Source: an uncultured Candidatus Saccharibacteria bacterium
Lineage (GTDB): Bacteria > Patescibacteriota > UBA1384 > XYA2-FULL-43-10 > 1-14-0-10-43-13
DNA length: 64,000 nt
Direction: 5' to 3'
Assembly (NCBI GenBank): GCA_964529405.1
Contig: CAZGWE010000003.1
Coordinates: 17,192 to 81,191 of the forward strand
Shown piece after piece: positions 9,714-19,531 of this stretch. Below the pieces are notes generated by a model. It saw only the letters and a list, made by a program, of their open reading frames with translations. It had not been told where the DNA came from and did not search any database. The stretch's first letter is position 1. Every line of letters begins with the position of its first letter. The translations under genes were made by a program, and so were the position numbers.

Positions 9714-10628
9714 ATGGCAACAAAAAAACGCGGAACAAGGAGCGAACACAGAGGTCCGGTTATTGAAAATCATAAAGGGCATGAAATCATAGACTGCAAA
9801 GTGTGCAAATTCAAGCACGTCAATCCGATACCCACCGGCCAGGAGATCAATGATTTTTATGCCAGGTTCTACACCGACGAAAAGCCCAACTACTTCAAAG
9901 ATGCCGAGGAGGATCTGGAGTGGTGGCTGGCGGGATATAGGAACTATTACACTTTATTTGAAAAATATACCAAAGGTAGAAAGCTACTCGATATTGGTTC
10001 GGGGCCAGGCTACTTTCTAAAGTGCGGGGCTGATCGCGGCTGGGAGATTGTGGGCTTTGAACCTTCTAAACACGCTTACGATTATTCAACCAAGATGGGA
10101 CTCAAAGTCATCAATGATTATTTTAACATGGCTAAAGCCAAAGCGCTTGGTAAATTCGATGTTGTTTCATTAACCTTGGTTCTCGAACATCTGCCTAACC
10201 CTAAAAAATTGATCGAAGAAGCCAAGAGCATTTTAAACCCGGGGGGGTTACTTCTCATTCTATCGCCTAACGAATTTAACCCGCTTCAAAGGGCTGTAAT
10301 TAAGAGCAATAATTTAGAACCATGGTGGGTCTGCCCGCCGGAGCACATTAATTATTTTGATTTTCCATCTATCAAGAAATTAGTCAAATCCACCGGCCTT
10401 AAAATAGTAGATTCGCTGGCCACTTACCCCATGGAGCTCTTTCTGCTTAACGGCGAGATCTATATTAGCAACCGTGAGATAGGGCGAGGTTGCCATAAAA
10501 AACGAAAATCTTTTGAGATGAACCTCTACCAGCAAGACCCCGAGATCCTAAACAATCTCTACCGCAGCTTTGCCCGAAATAACATCGGCCGGGAATTTAT
10601 TATTATCGCCAAAAAAAATGAAAAATAA
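9714..10628 (+). CDS. Class I SAM-dependent methyltransferase
   Basis: N-terminal CxxC, LLDIGSGPG, VLEHLPNP, PPEHINYF. Confidence 0.9.
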   Translation: MATKKRGTRSEHRGPVIENHKGHEIIDCKVCKFKHVNPIPTGQEINDFYARFYTDEKPNYFKDAEEDLEWWLAGYRNYYTLFEKYTKGRKLLDIGSGPGYFLKCGADRGWEIVGFEPSKHAYDYSTKMGLKVINDYFNMAKAKALGKFDVVSLTLVLEHLPNPKKLIEEAKSILNPGGLLLILSPNEFNPLQRAVIKSNNLEPWWVCPPEHINYFDFPSIKKLVKSTGLKIVDSLATYPMELFLLNGEIYISNREIGRGCHKKRKSFEMNLYQQDPEILNNLYRSFARNNIGREFIIIAKKNEK

Positions 10629-11820
10629 GAAGAACAAAATTCATGTCGCCGTGCAAACCAGCTCTATCAATTGGTCAGGTGGGAAGAATTTAGACGCGAA
10701 AATAATCAATGACCATCCGGTTGTATATTGGACAATTAAAAATATTATCGACCATATTCCAGATTCGTCGATCACTGTGGTTGCTCCAGAATTCGATAAA
10801 GACGGCTCCTTTAACACCCTGCCAACCGAGATCAACCACTCGATCTCCCTCTATTTCGGGTTTGACAATAGCCCGCTAGACAGGCTATTGTCAGCTTTTA
10901 ACCTTTTGGGGGACAATGACTATATCCTCCGTATCGACGGATTGAACTTTGGCTTTAATGGAAAAAAAGCTGTCGAGATGTATAAATACGCGCATGAACA
11001 TGAATTAGACTGCCTAAAATTTCCGGACGACTTCCCGATACACTTCACTTTAGATGTTTACCGGCTGGGAGCGCTAAGGCTTGTCAGGAAACTGCTTACA
11101 AAAAGTGATGACGTCTATAAGATCCATCCAAAGTATTATATGTTTATGCATCCGAATAAATTTAAAGTTGCGCATTATACAAATCTGCCGTCGTATCCAG
11201 ATATAAAATTACAAGAACTGCGACAGCTTTATCAATCGGTCTTTGAAATCCGGGAGGGAGATGTTGGCCGTCGAATCAAGACCGGAGATCAGCTTAACTT
11301 TCATTATGAATTAGCAAGTGAATATGTTGCTAAAAAGATGGATGTATTAGACATTGCCTGCGGAGAAGGTTATGGCACAGAAATATTGTCAAGGAGAGCA
11401 AAGCGCGTTATTGGCGCTGACTTAGATGATCCTGCCGTCAGGAAAGCCGCTAAGATACATCAGAATAAAAATCTGGAGTTCAGAATCGAAAATGCTCTCA
11501 GCACCTCATTTGATGACGAAAGCTTCGATATGATTACCAGTATGGAAACAATCGAACACATAAAAGAAGACATGAAGTACCTGAAAGAGATAAGGCGCAT
11601 CTTAAAGAAAGGCGGCTATTTCATCTTTAGCACTCCCCAAAACCGTCTCGGCCACGTTCCAATGAACAACGAGCACGTCCGCGAATACTCTTTGGAAAAA
11701 CTAAAAAAGATTGTCGGGCAGTATTTTACAATTGAAAAAATTATCGGCATCAAACAAGGACGGATTATTTTTTCCAATGACCCGCTTGGCACAAACACTA
11801 TTTTAGTCTGCCGAAAGTAA
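10618..11820 (+). CDS. Fusion of divergent SpsF-like domain and class I SAM methyltransferase
   Basis: C-terminal VLDIACGEGYG, ETIEHI, IFSTP; N-terminal SPLDRL..ILRIDG..FP..LDVY parallels SpsF. Confidence 0.75.
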   Translation: MKNKKNKIHVAVQTSSINWSGGKNLDAKIINDHPVVYWTIKNIIDHIPDSSITVVAPEFDKDGSFNTLPTEINHSISLYFGFDNSPLDRLLSAFNLLGDNDYILRIDGLNFGFNGKKAVEMYKYAHEHELDCLKFPDDFPIHFTLDVYRLGALRLVRKLLTKSDDVYKIHPKYYMFMHPNKFKVAHYTNLPSYPDIKLQELRQLYQSVFEIREGDVGRRIKTGDQLNFHYELASEYVAKKMDVLDIACGEGYGTEILSRRAKRVIGADLDDPAVRKAAKIHQNKNLEFRIENALSTSFDDESFDMITSMETIEHIKEDMKYLKEIRRILKKGGYFIFSTPQNRLGHVPMNNEHVREYSLEKLKKIVGQYFTIEKIIGIKQGRIIFSNDPLGTNTILVCRK

Positions 11821-11825
11821 AGTTA

Positions 11826-12953
11826 TTAATCCTCGAAATGACCGGTCGTTAATGGCTCTCGGGCTTTGATCGGTTTTCTAATCTTTCGACCTCGAAATAG
11901 ATGGAAGTTTTTTGGTTCGATTCCGCCCCAAGGACGCAAAGAGATAATTTTATCCTCTGTCACAATGTCGCCAGGCTTCATATCAGCAGCCGCATAAATA
12001 GAGCGTCTGGACCAACGGTCAAATATCTCATCACCTTTGTGCCCCGGCTTGGAAACCGGTTGTTTGATGCCGCCGCCGGAAAGCGCCGCTTCGGTGTTGC
12101 GAACCTCTTTAACAAAACGTTGAAATTCAGACACTTCCATTGAATTTGGGTCGTCATTACTACCACCCTCTCGCTCGTCGGTAATATGTTTTTCAATAAC
12201 GCATGCACCGAGCGCCACTGCCGCGATTGAAGCAGCGATATATGGGGGTTCGGAATGGTCAGAGTAGCCAACCGGTAATTTAAAAGCCTCTCTCAAAGTT
12301 GTGACGGCACGCAGGTTTAGATCAGAGAATTCCGGCGGATACATTGAAATGCAATGCATCAAAACGATCTGATTATTGCCAGCATCTCGGATAACTTTGA
12401 CAGCATGCGCCACCTCCTCCAAGTCAGCCATACCAGTAGAGAGAATAATCGGACGACCCTTCCCGGCAATATGAGTTAACAGAATATCATCAACGAGTTC
12501 ATAAGAACCAACTTTATAAGCACCGACATTAGCTTCGTCCAAGATATCAACCGCCTCTTTATCAAAGGGAGTCGAGAGGAAGATAATGCCAATCTTTTTG
12601 GCATAAACCGCAAGTTTATCTGTCCACTCGTACGGCATTTCAGCTGATTTAAAGAAACCGGAGAGCGTACCAACATTCTTGCCATTCCAATTATCAAAGA
12701 CTTCTACATCGGCGGCGATCTTATCGTGAGTTATGTGTTGAAATTTGACTACATCCGCACCTGCTTCTTTGGCTTTATCAATCAACTTGTAAGCATTGTT
12801 GATATCACCTCTATGGTTAGCGCCAACTTCCGCAATAATTAAAGTTGGCTGTCCATGACCGATAAGCCGGTCTCCAATTTTGATTGTCTCTAACGGTTCA
12901 AAATTCAGCTGTTTCGGTAAACTTTTATAAAATTTATCTCTTTCTTTGCCCAT
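11826..12953 (-). CDS. pseI: NeuB/PseI-family nonulosonic acid synthase with C-terminal SAF domain
   Basis: IIAEVGANH, VKFQ, STPFD, STGMA, HCISMYP, GYSDHS, IEKH, RRSIYA. Confidence 0.85.
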   Translation of the reverse strand: MGKERDKFYKSLPKQLNFEPLETIKIGDRLIGHGQPTLIIAEVGANHRGDINNAYKLIDKAKEAGADVVKFQHITHDKIAADVEVFDNWNGKNVGTLSGFFKSAEMPYEWTDKLAVYAKKIGIIFLSTPFDKEAVDILDEANVGAYKVGSYELVDDILLTHIAGKGRPIILSTGMADLEEVAHAVKVIRDAGNNQIVLMHCISMYPPEFSDLNLRAVTTLREAFKLPVGYSDHSEPPYIAASIAAVALGACVIEKHITDEREGGSNDDPNSMEVSEFQRFVKEVRNTEAALSGGGIKQPVSKPGHKGDEIFDRWSRRSIYAAADMKPGDIVTEDKIISLRPWGGIEPKNFHLFRGRKIRKPIKAREPLTTGHFED

Positions 12954-12989
12954 ATTATCGAGCTCCCTTTTATCCGCTTATTCCCAATA

Positions 12990-13018
12990 ATGATACTAAA
13001 TTTACTGATCATGGTCAA
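12990..13018 (-). promoter_or_regulatory. sigma70-type promoter of pseI
   Basis: TTGACC-17nt-TATCAT on the minus strand, followed by AAGGGAG RBS. Confidence 0.55.
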
Positions 13019-13312
13019 TCTAATGTCAAATACCAATCGCGTACCGCGTAATGTGAAACTGCTCATACATTAGATAAACGTTTAACATTAATTGATACAA
13101 GCCGCGAGATATAGTTGTGCTGCGGCAATAAAAAAGGTATAGTTATCGCCAAGACTAGTACCGTAAGGAAGAGATCAATGGGTTCCGCCAACAGAAGAGT
13201 CGTAATCGAGTTGCAATGTTTGCAATTGTCCCGTTTTTGACTTAATATTAAGTACGTCCACCAGATTATTTATGGCACAAAGTTCTAACAAGTATCATTA
13301 GGCAATCTTATT

Positions 13313-14551
13313 ATGGGCAACACTAATAATAAAACCATACTTTTACTTGGCGCAGGAGCCGAACAACAGATCGCGATCGAGCTGGCAAAGGAGATGGGAT
13401 ATCGCGTGGTGGCTGCTGACGGCAATCCCAAAGCTCCCGGACTGGCTCTGGCCGATGTCGCCATTGCCGATGACATTAAAAATATTGAAAAGATGATTGA
13501 GGTCGGCAAAAAGCACAAAGTTGATGGGGTAATGACCCATGGGGTCGAAATCCCCCACATCATCTCTCGAATAGCCAAGGCCCTAAACTTACCGGGAATC
13601 GATCCGGAGATTGCCGACCGGACTACGTTTAAATCGGAGCGCATTAAGTATTTAAAAAGGGCCGGCATCAATGTCCCGGAATTTGTGGCTGTTAAGACCG
13701 TAAGCGAGGCTAAAAAGGCTGCTAAAAAGATCGGTTATCCGGTCGTAATCAAGCCGACGGATAACGCCGGTGCCAGGGGCGTAAAAGTTGTCAATAACGC
13801 CGCTGAACTCGAAAAGGCCTTTAACGAATCGCTTGGCTACTCCCATAACCGGGAGATTCTAATTGAACAACTGCTAAGCGGATTAGAGATCAGCACCGAG
13901 TCGTTGGTTTATAACGGCAAAATCTACACCACCGGCTTTGGGGATCGGAACTACTCAAGGAACATTGAATTTTATCCTTATTTTGTTGAGGATGGCCACA
14001 ATGTCCCCTCCGCCCTGCCGGCCGAAACCCAGAGAAAGATTATCTCCGAAGTCGAAAAGACAATCCGGGCCCTTGGTATTACCTGGGGCGTTGCTAAAGG
14101 CGATATCCTGGTAAACAAGAGCGATGACAAGGTTTATGTTCTTGAAATGGCCTCGCGGACCAGCGGAGGCTGGTTCTGCGCCGGCACCGTACCCCTGGCC
14201 ACCGGCGTCCACATTCTGAAACCCCTGATTAAAATGAGTGTTGGCGACCCTGTTGATGAAAACGACCTTAAACCAACCAAAGATCTGGCTGCCTGCCAAA
14301 GATATGTTATTCCAAGCCGTGACGGTACATTTATTAGAATTGAAGGTGTCAAAAAGGCCGGAAAGATGCCTGGAGTGGAGATGCTGGTGATATTCAAGCA
14401 ACCCAAGCGGGGCGAGTTAATCCACAAATCGACCAACCATTCGGAGAGGTTCGGCCAATTAATTGCTGTTGGCAAGGATGTGAAAGACGCCACCAAGAAG
14501 TGCGAAGAAGCCATCAGTTGTATCAGGGTGGTACTGGGTAAGGTTGAATAA
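13313..14551 (+). CDS. ATP-grasp ligase
   Basis: LLLGAG..Q, GYPVVIKPTDNAGARGV, LIEQLLSGLEIS, EMASRTSGG. Confidence 0.9.
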   Translation: MGNTNNKTILLLGAGAEQQIAIELAKEMGYRVVAADGNPKAPGLALADVAIADDIKNIEKMIEVGKKHKVDGVMTHGVEIPHIISRIAKALNLPGIDPEIADRTTFKSERIKYLKRAGINVPEFVAVKTVSEAKKAAKKIGYPVVIKPTDNAGARGVKVVNNAAELEKAFNESLGYSHNREILIEQLLSGLEISTESLVYNGKIYTTGFGDRNYSRNIEFYPYFVEDGHNVPSALPAETQRKIISEVEKTIRALGITWGVAKGDILVNKSDDKVYVLEMASRTSGGWFCAGTVPLATGVHILKPLIKMSVGDPVDENDLKPTKDLAACQRYVIPSRDGTFIRIEGVKKAGKMPGVEMLVIFKQPKRGELIHKSTNHSERFGQLIAVGKDVKDATKKCEEAISCIRVVLGKVE

Positions 14552-14573
14552 TATTACTTACAGGCTAGAATAA

Positions 14574-15458
14574 ATGGATTCAAGACAAAGAGAGAAGCTA
14601 AGAAAATATTTTGCCCAAGACCTTGGTTGGGGCTGGGCCAGAAATTATCAGGCGAAGAGAGTCTTTGATTTTCTGATTGAGGCTGCCGACTTCTGCCGAG
14701 GAGGAATTGTTCTCGATGCAGGCGCCGGACATCAACGTTACCGGCCATTTTTTGATCAATCACTCTATCTGTCCCAGGAACATGAAAGCGGTGTCAACTT
14801 TAAAGGCATGAACAATATCAACTACGACCTTATCAGTCCGGTTGATGTCAAAATACCACTTAAAGACAATTGTTTAGACGGAGTACTATCAACTTCTGTC
14901 ATTGAGCATATGGAGAATCCCCGAGAGTTCTGCAAGGAAGCTTATCGGGTGCTGAAACCGGGCGGCAAGCTGTTTATTAATGTGCCCTTCTCTATCATCG
15001 AGCACGAAAGACCATTCGATTTTACCCGGCCTACGCGCTACGCCTTGAAAAAATGGATGGAAGAGGCCGGTTTTAGTGATTTCCTGATTGAGCCATCGTC
15101 CTCCTGCACCGAAACAGTCTGCAATGTGCTGCCCATAACCGTTTACTGCGACTTTTTACAAACAGACCAGGGCTACAAAAAAAATTTGGCTGAAAATTTT
15201 GCCAGCTCTAAAAACATAATCGTAAAGCTATATTATACTTTCAGGGTTTTTGTGGCTGCTATCCTCTATCTAGCCACCAAAATACTAAGCTTTCTCTTAA
15301 AACTGTTAATTGACCGCGGACCATACGATAAGGCGCTGTTGCCGGTTGGCTGGATTGTTGTCGCCACTAAACAAGGCAAGATAACGCAAAATAGCAAAAC
15401 ACCGGATCGAAAAACTTTCTTGGCCAAGTTTGCCCTAGCCGATAAAAAGACAAGATGA
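14574..15458 (+). CDS. Class I SAM-dependent methyltransferase
   Basis: VLDAGAG, VIEHMENP, RVLKPGG, VPF...HE.P.DF.R. Confidence 0.88.
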   Translation: MDSRQREKLRKYFAQDLGWGWARNYQAKRVFDFLIEAADFCRGGIVLDAGAGHQRYRPFFDQSLYLSQEHESGVNFKGMNNINYDLISPVDVKIPLKDNCLDGVLSTSVIEHMENPREFCKEAYRVLKPGGKLFINVPFSIIEHERPFDFTRPTRYALKKWMEEAGFSDFLIEPSSSCTETVCNVLPITVYCDFLQTDQGYKKNLAENFASSKNIIVKLYYTFRVFVAAILYLATKILSFLLKLLIDRGPYDKALLPVGWIVVATKQGKITQNSKTPDRKTFLAKFALADKKTR

Positions 15459-16438
15459 ATATTCAGAAACTCATCGAAAGCTATCTCGACATGGAGGCAT
15501 ATGGCAGCAATATTATTATCAAGGAATATTGCCGATTTCCCAAATGCCTTCCCTTGCCTTGCCATATGGAACATGGCTGGACTCCGATTCCCAATGCTCT
15601 GGTTACGGATTTAGTTATTGCCAGCAAGAAAAATATTATGCTGGTTTTCAGTGATCGGCGATTAAAATTTTGGCAAAAAGCCAGCAAGGTTCCGGTTTAT
15701 GTTATTGGCGCACCGTTCGTTCACTATCGCCGGATGGCCAACATTACCCCAAACCCAAAATCTCGAGGTACCATAGTTTTTCCAAGTCATTCAACGATCT
15801 TTTTGCAAAGCCAATACAATATCGATGAATACTGCAACAAACTGAAAAATCTACCCATGAAATTTCATCCAATTACTATCTGCTTACTCTACCCCGATAT
15901 CAAATTAGGTCGGGATAAGGAGTATCGAAAACGCGGCTTCAAGGTGGTCTCGGCTGGAAGAAAATTACGGGGCAGTAAAAAATTTCCGTTTAACTTTTAT
16001 AAAATTCTCGCCAACCACAAATATGCCACCTCAAACGAAATAGGCACATATACTTTTTATTCGATTGAGTTTGGCCTGCCATTCTTTCTGTCTGGCGATG
16101 AGCCAACAGTCGTTAACATTGGCGACAAAGATCCCAACAGCCATGGCAGTGGAAAAAATAGCGATTATGCCTTGGGCAAAAAGGTATTTGATTTATTCAA
16201 TGTTGGGACAAATGCCGTCATTACACCCGAGCAGCAGCAGCTAGTTAAAGACGAACTTGGCATAGAAAATCACATCGACCCCAAAAAGCTAAATAAGATA
16301 CTCTGGTCCAACACCAGAAATTTGCGTTATTGGCTAAAGTACGTACCAATGTACTGCCTGTTAACTTTTATTAAATTTGTCATCCCGCAAAATCTTGCTT
16401 ACTGGATTATTGAACGCAAGAACAAAAAGCCTGCTTGA
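15455..16438 (+). CDS. Hypothetical protein, possible divergent glycosyltransferase
   Basis: 327-aa ORF coupled to the upstream gene; YG, EHGW, IGAPF, FPSHS motifs; glycan-cluster context. Confidence 0.45.
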   Translation: MNIQKLIESYLDMEAYGSNIIIKEYCRFPKCLPLPCHMEHGWTPIPNALVTDLVIASKKNIMLVFSDRRLKFWQKASKVPVYVIGAPFVHYRRMANITPNPKSRGTIVFPSHSTIFLQSQYNIDEYCNKLKNLPMKFHPITICLLYPDIKLGRDKEYRKRGFKVVSAGRKLRGSKKFPFNFYKILANHKYATSNEIGTYTFYSIEFGLPFFLSGDEPTVVNIGDKDPNSHGSGKNSDYALGKKVFDLFNVGTNAVITPEQQQLVKDELGIENHIDPKKLNKILWSNTRNLRYWLKYVPMYCLLTFIKFVIPQNLAYWIIERKNKKPA

Positions 16439-16469
16439 CAGGAGTTAGCAAAAGCGCGATGTACTAAAT

Positions 16470-16556
16470 CGGCTTGAACAATCTTATGGTTGTTGATTGC
16501 CGATTCGGCAATCAGTTCCCAACCCAAGCCGCCAGCAGATGCGCGATATTTGCATC
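16470..16556. other. Nested stem-loop structure upstream of the fusion gene
   Basis: CGGCTTG/CAAGCCG, GGTTG/CAACC, TGATTGCCG-ATT-CGGCAATCA, then a GATGC/GCATC hairpin. Confidence 0.5.
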
Positions 16557-16645
16557 ACCGCTAATTAGATGGTATCTTGGGCAAAATAGATCAAAAAAAC
16601 AAAAACGTTTTATCAGCACATTAACCCAAGAGATAGAGATAAGAG

Positions 16646-19531
16646 ATGATGCCTTTCAGAGCGGAAAGTATCAAGCTGATATTTCGAGGAGGGGTTTTAG
16701 GATTATGGAGTTACTCTTCGTTTCTTTTTTTTTATGTTATTCTAAATCTTAATTACGTCCTGGCTGCCCTGTCCGGCCTGGTTGTTTATTGGCTCTTTGA
16801 CCTCCTGCTGTCGCAGCACGAACAACATTCTATCCAAAAGATTACATCTAAATTACTTTTAATACCGGCGGGTCTCTTTGTTGTCTGGGGGCTGGTCGGT
16901 CGTCTTAGCTTCTCCCCTGTTTTTGCCAACGCTCTGGTTGTCCTGCTGTTTTTAGCGGGCTATTTTGTCGGACCTGTTTATTACGAAGCCAGAAAAAAGG
17001 AAATCGACTTTCTGTTCTATCGTTACCGCTTTGTCTTAAACTACTGTCTGATTGGTTTTGGCTCAATTGTTTTAGAGTTAATAATCGCTACCACCCTAAA
17101 CCGATTTCTTAATCTCAACGTGATGCTTGGCAGCGTCATCGGCTTTATCTTTGGCGTTCTCTTCAGCTACATCCTTAATTCAAGGTTGAACTTTCAGGTA
17201 CCTAAGAAAAAGAGCGTCAAAACCTTTAAAATGTTTGCTCTCATCTCTCTTTTCAGTTATTCGCTTAGCATAATCCTGCTGCAATTGATCAGCAGCGTTA
17301 TGGACTTTGAATATTTCTATCTTCGCTTTTTAATTGCCGGTGTCCTCTTTGCCATCGGCTATACTTTACATCGCCGCTACACTTTTACCGACATTAAGTA
17401 TGTTGGCGTTGCCCTTTACCTCGACCCAAAAGAGAGCACCGACGATGTCTGGAACAAGATCCAGGATTACCCCGACTTCATCCACATCGACTTGGTTGAC
17501 CAGACCTATAACCCCAAATTCACGCCGGAGAACATTGATGTCAGCAAAGGTTACGACATCAAGTCTAAGTGGTTCGGCATCAAAACCATGACGCACGTTA
17601 TGTCCAAGTTCCCCTCCAAGTGGATCTCTGAAATTGCCGGCTTCTCCGACGTTATTATTGTCCACTATGAAATCGAAGAGAGTCTGAATGAGGTTATTGA
17701 AAGCATCAAAAAACTGAATAAGAAGGTTGGATTATCGATTCTCTACTCGACCGATATTGAATTAATCCGGCCATATCTCAAAGAAATGGACGTGGTTCAG
17801 GTCTTAGGTATTGCCCAACCGGGCATGTCCGGCCAGTTCTTGCAAAAAACCGCTCTGGAGCGATTGGTTAAACTCAATGCGATCAAGAAAGATTACAGTT
17901 TCGAGATTTGTTTTGACGGCGGTATCAAGCGCGAAAATATTGACAGCATCACCGCTAAATACGTCGTCTCGGCTTCCTCAATTTTGAACGCCAACGATCC
18001 GGTCAACGCCATCTTTGACTTAAAAACCAGCTCCCGCTACTTCTCGCAACGGGCATCGCTTAAAGATTTCCTCTCCAAGCGGATTTTAAACATAGGCGAG
18101 AACGAGCCTTCCATTGCCTCGATCAACATTGTCGGCTCATTTTCCGAAAAAGATGACCTCTCCGGCATCAGCGATATCGATATCGTTATCATTGCTGACG
18201 AACTCAACAAGGAAAAGTACGCCGATATCGTCAACCAGTTTAACCTGCTCAAGGAACAGATCGAGACCGACTACAGCTTGAGAGCCAAGATTAATGACAC
18301 CTTTGGCCCGCTCAAGTTTGACGACCGGTACGACGTCGTTCTGCACCTCATGATTTATGACACCAGGGGCCATCTTGACCACTGTGTCAAAAGCCCTTTC
18401 ACCGTCCTCGACTGGGAGAGAAGCCGGATGTATGCCAAGAAACCGATGAAAGAGATTATTGCCACCTTAAAACCCCAGCCCAACCAGCTGATGAGCTCGC
18501 GAAGAAGTCTTGACAGCTACTTGCGGGATCTGCGGCAGGGCAACATTACCTACCGCCAATATTCATTTAACGGATCAGAAAAAACACTGCAAGAGATTGC
18601 CAAGACCAAGAGAATGGCCGGCAAAGACAAGGTTGAATACGCCTTTCATATTATGAAGTTTATGATTTTGAATTTTATGAAGATCTACTCCGGCCAAAAT
18701 ATGCGCTTCTCCGAGGAGGTGATACAAAGTTTCTTCGGTCTGACCGATATGAACCGTAAATATCTGTCGCTTTTTAATGAATTGCACCGCAGAAAGTTGA
18801 ACAAAAGGACGGAGATCAGCGAGGAGGAGATCTGGCAATTACAGCTCTTCCTGCTGGAGTTTAAGATGGTTTTCGAAAAGGTCTTCCATCTGATGGGCAA
18901 AAGCGTCATTCTGATGCGCCACGCCCAAACCGAGTTAAACAAGAAAAAGGTCTTTCTGGGCCAACGGCATGATCCGGATATTATCACCGAGCCGATTAAG
19001 GACAAGATTGCCTCACTGTCCTCGTCTTTATCCGATATCGATATTGTTTACTCCTCTCCAATGCGGCGGGCACTGGAAACGGCCCGGCTGGTTAACAAAC
19101 CGCTCAAGCGCGAGATGGTGGTCAACTACGACATCAATGAGATAGACTATGGCGATATCGACGGCCAAGAGTTTGCTTATCTATTTAAAAATTATCCCGA
19201 TATTGTTAAAGCTTGGGAGAGGGGCGAGGATCCCAAGTTCCCCAACGGCGAAAATTACGCCGACCTTCTGGAGCGCCTGGACCGGTTCTGGCAATCGCTT
19301 CAAGAAAGAAATGACCGATGGTGCGGCAAGATCCTGGTTGTAACCCACAACGTCATCATGAGGGCAGTCGCCGGCCGGTCGCTGGGCATACCGCAGAAAT
19401 ATTGGCATAAAATCAACATTGACCATTTAGAAACCTTCGAACTTTTTATGGCCGGGAACGGTATTATACATTTGAATCTTGAGGGTGACCAGATCGCTAA
19501 AATATATTATAATATTTATACCAATGATTGA
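16646..19531 (+). CDS. Multidomain fusion: TM region + GtrA flippase + ribulose-phosphate 3-epimerase + Pol-beta-type nucleotidyltransferase + histidine phosphatase
   Basis: GtrA: RFVLNYCLIG..SYILNSRLNF..HRRYTF. Rpe: FIHIDLVD, THVM, VHYE, PGMSGQ, FDGGI. NTase: IVGSF..SDIDIVII. Phosphatase: MRHAQT, SSPMRRALET, EIDYG, VVTHNVIMR. Confidence 0.88.
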   Translation: MMPFRAESIKLIFRGGVLGLWSYSSFLFFYVILNLNYVLAALSGLVVYWLFDLLLSQHEQHSIQKITSKLLLIPAGLFVVWGLVGRLSFSPVFANALVVLLFLAGYFVGPVYYEARKKEIDFLFYRYRFVLNYCLIGFGSIVLELIIATTLNRFLNLNVMLGSVIGFIFGVLFSYILNSRLNFQVPKKKSVKTFKMFALISLFSYSLSIILLQLISSVMDFEYFYLRFLIAGVLFAIGYTLHRRYTFTDIKYVGVALYLDPKESTDDVWNKIQDYPDFIHIDLVDQTYNPKFTPENIDVSKGYDIKSKWFGIKTMTHVMSKFPSKWISEIAGFSDVIIVHYEIEESLNEVIESIKKLNKKVGLSILYSTDIELIRPYLKEMDVVQVLGIAQPGMSGQFLQKTALERLVKLNAIKKDYSFEICFDGGIKRENIDSITAKYVVSASSILNANDPVNAIFDLKTSSRYFSQRASLKDFLSKRILNIGENEPSIASINIVGSFSEKDDLSGISDIDIVIIADELNKEKYADIVNQFNLLKEQIETDYSLRAKINDTFGPLKFDDRYDVVLHLMIYDTRGHLDHCVKSPFTVLDWERSRMYAKKPMKEIIATLKPQPNQLMSSRRSLDSYLRDLRQGNITYRQYSFNGSEKTLQEIAKTKRMAGKDKVEYAFHIMKFMILNFMKIYSGQNMRFSEEVIQSFFGLTDMNRKYLSLFNELHRRKLNKRTEISEEEIWQLQLFLLEFKMVFEKVFHLMGKSVILMRHAQTELNKKKVFLGQRHDPDIITEPIKDKIASLSSSLSDIDIVYSSPMRRALETARLVNKPLKREMVVNYDINEIDYGDIDGQEFAYLFKNYPDIVKAWERGEDPKFPNGENYADLLERLDRFWQSLQERNDRWCGKILVVTHNVIMRAVAGRSLGIPQKYWHKINIDHLETFELFMAGNGIIHLNLEGDQIAKIYYNIYTND

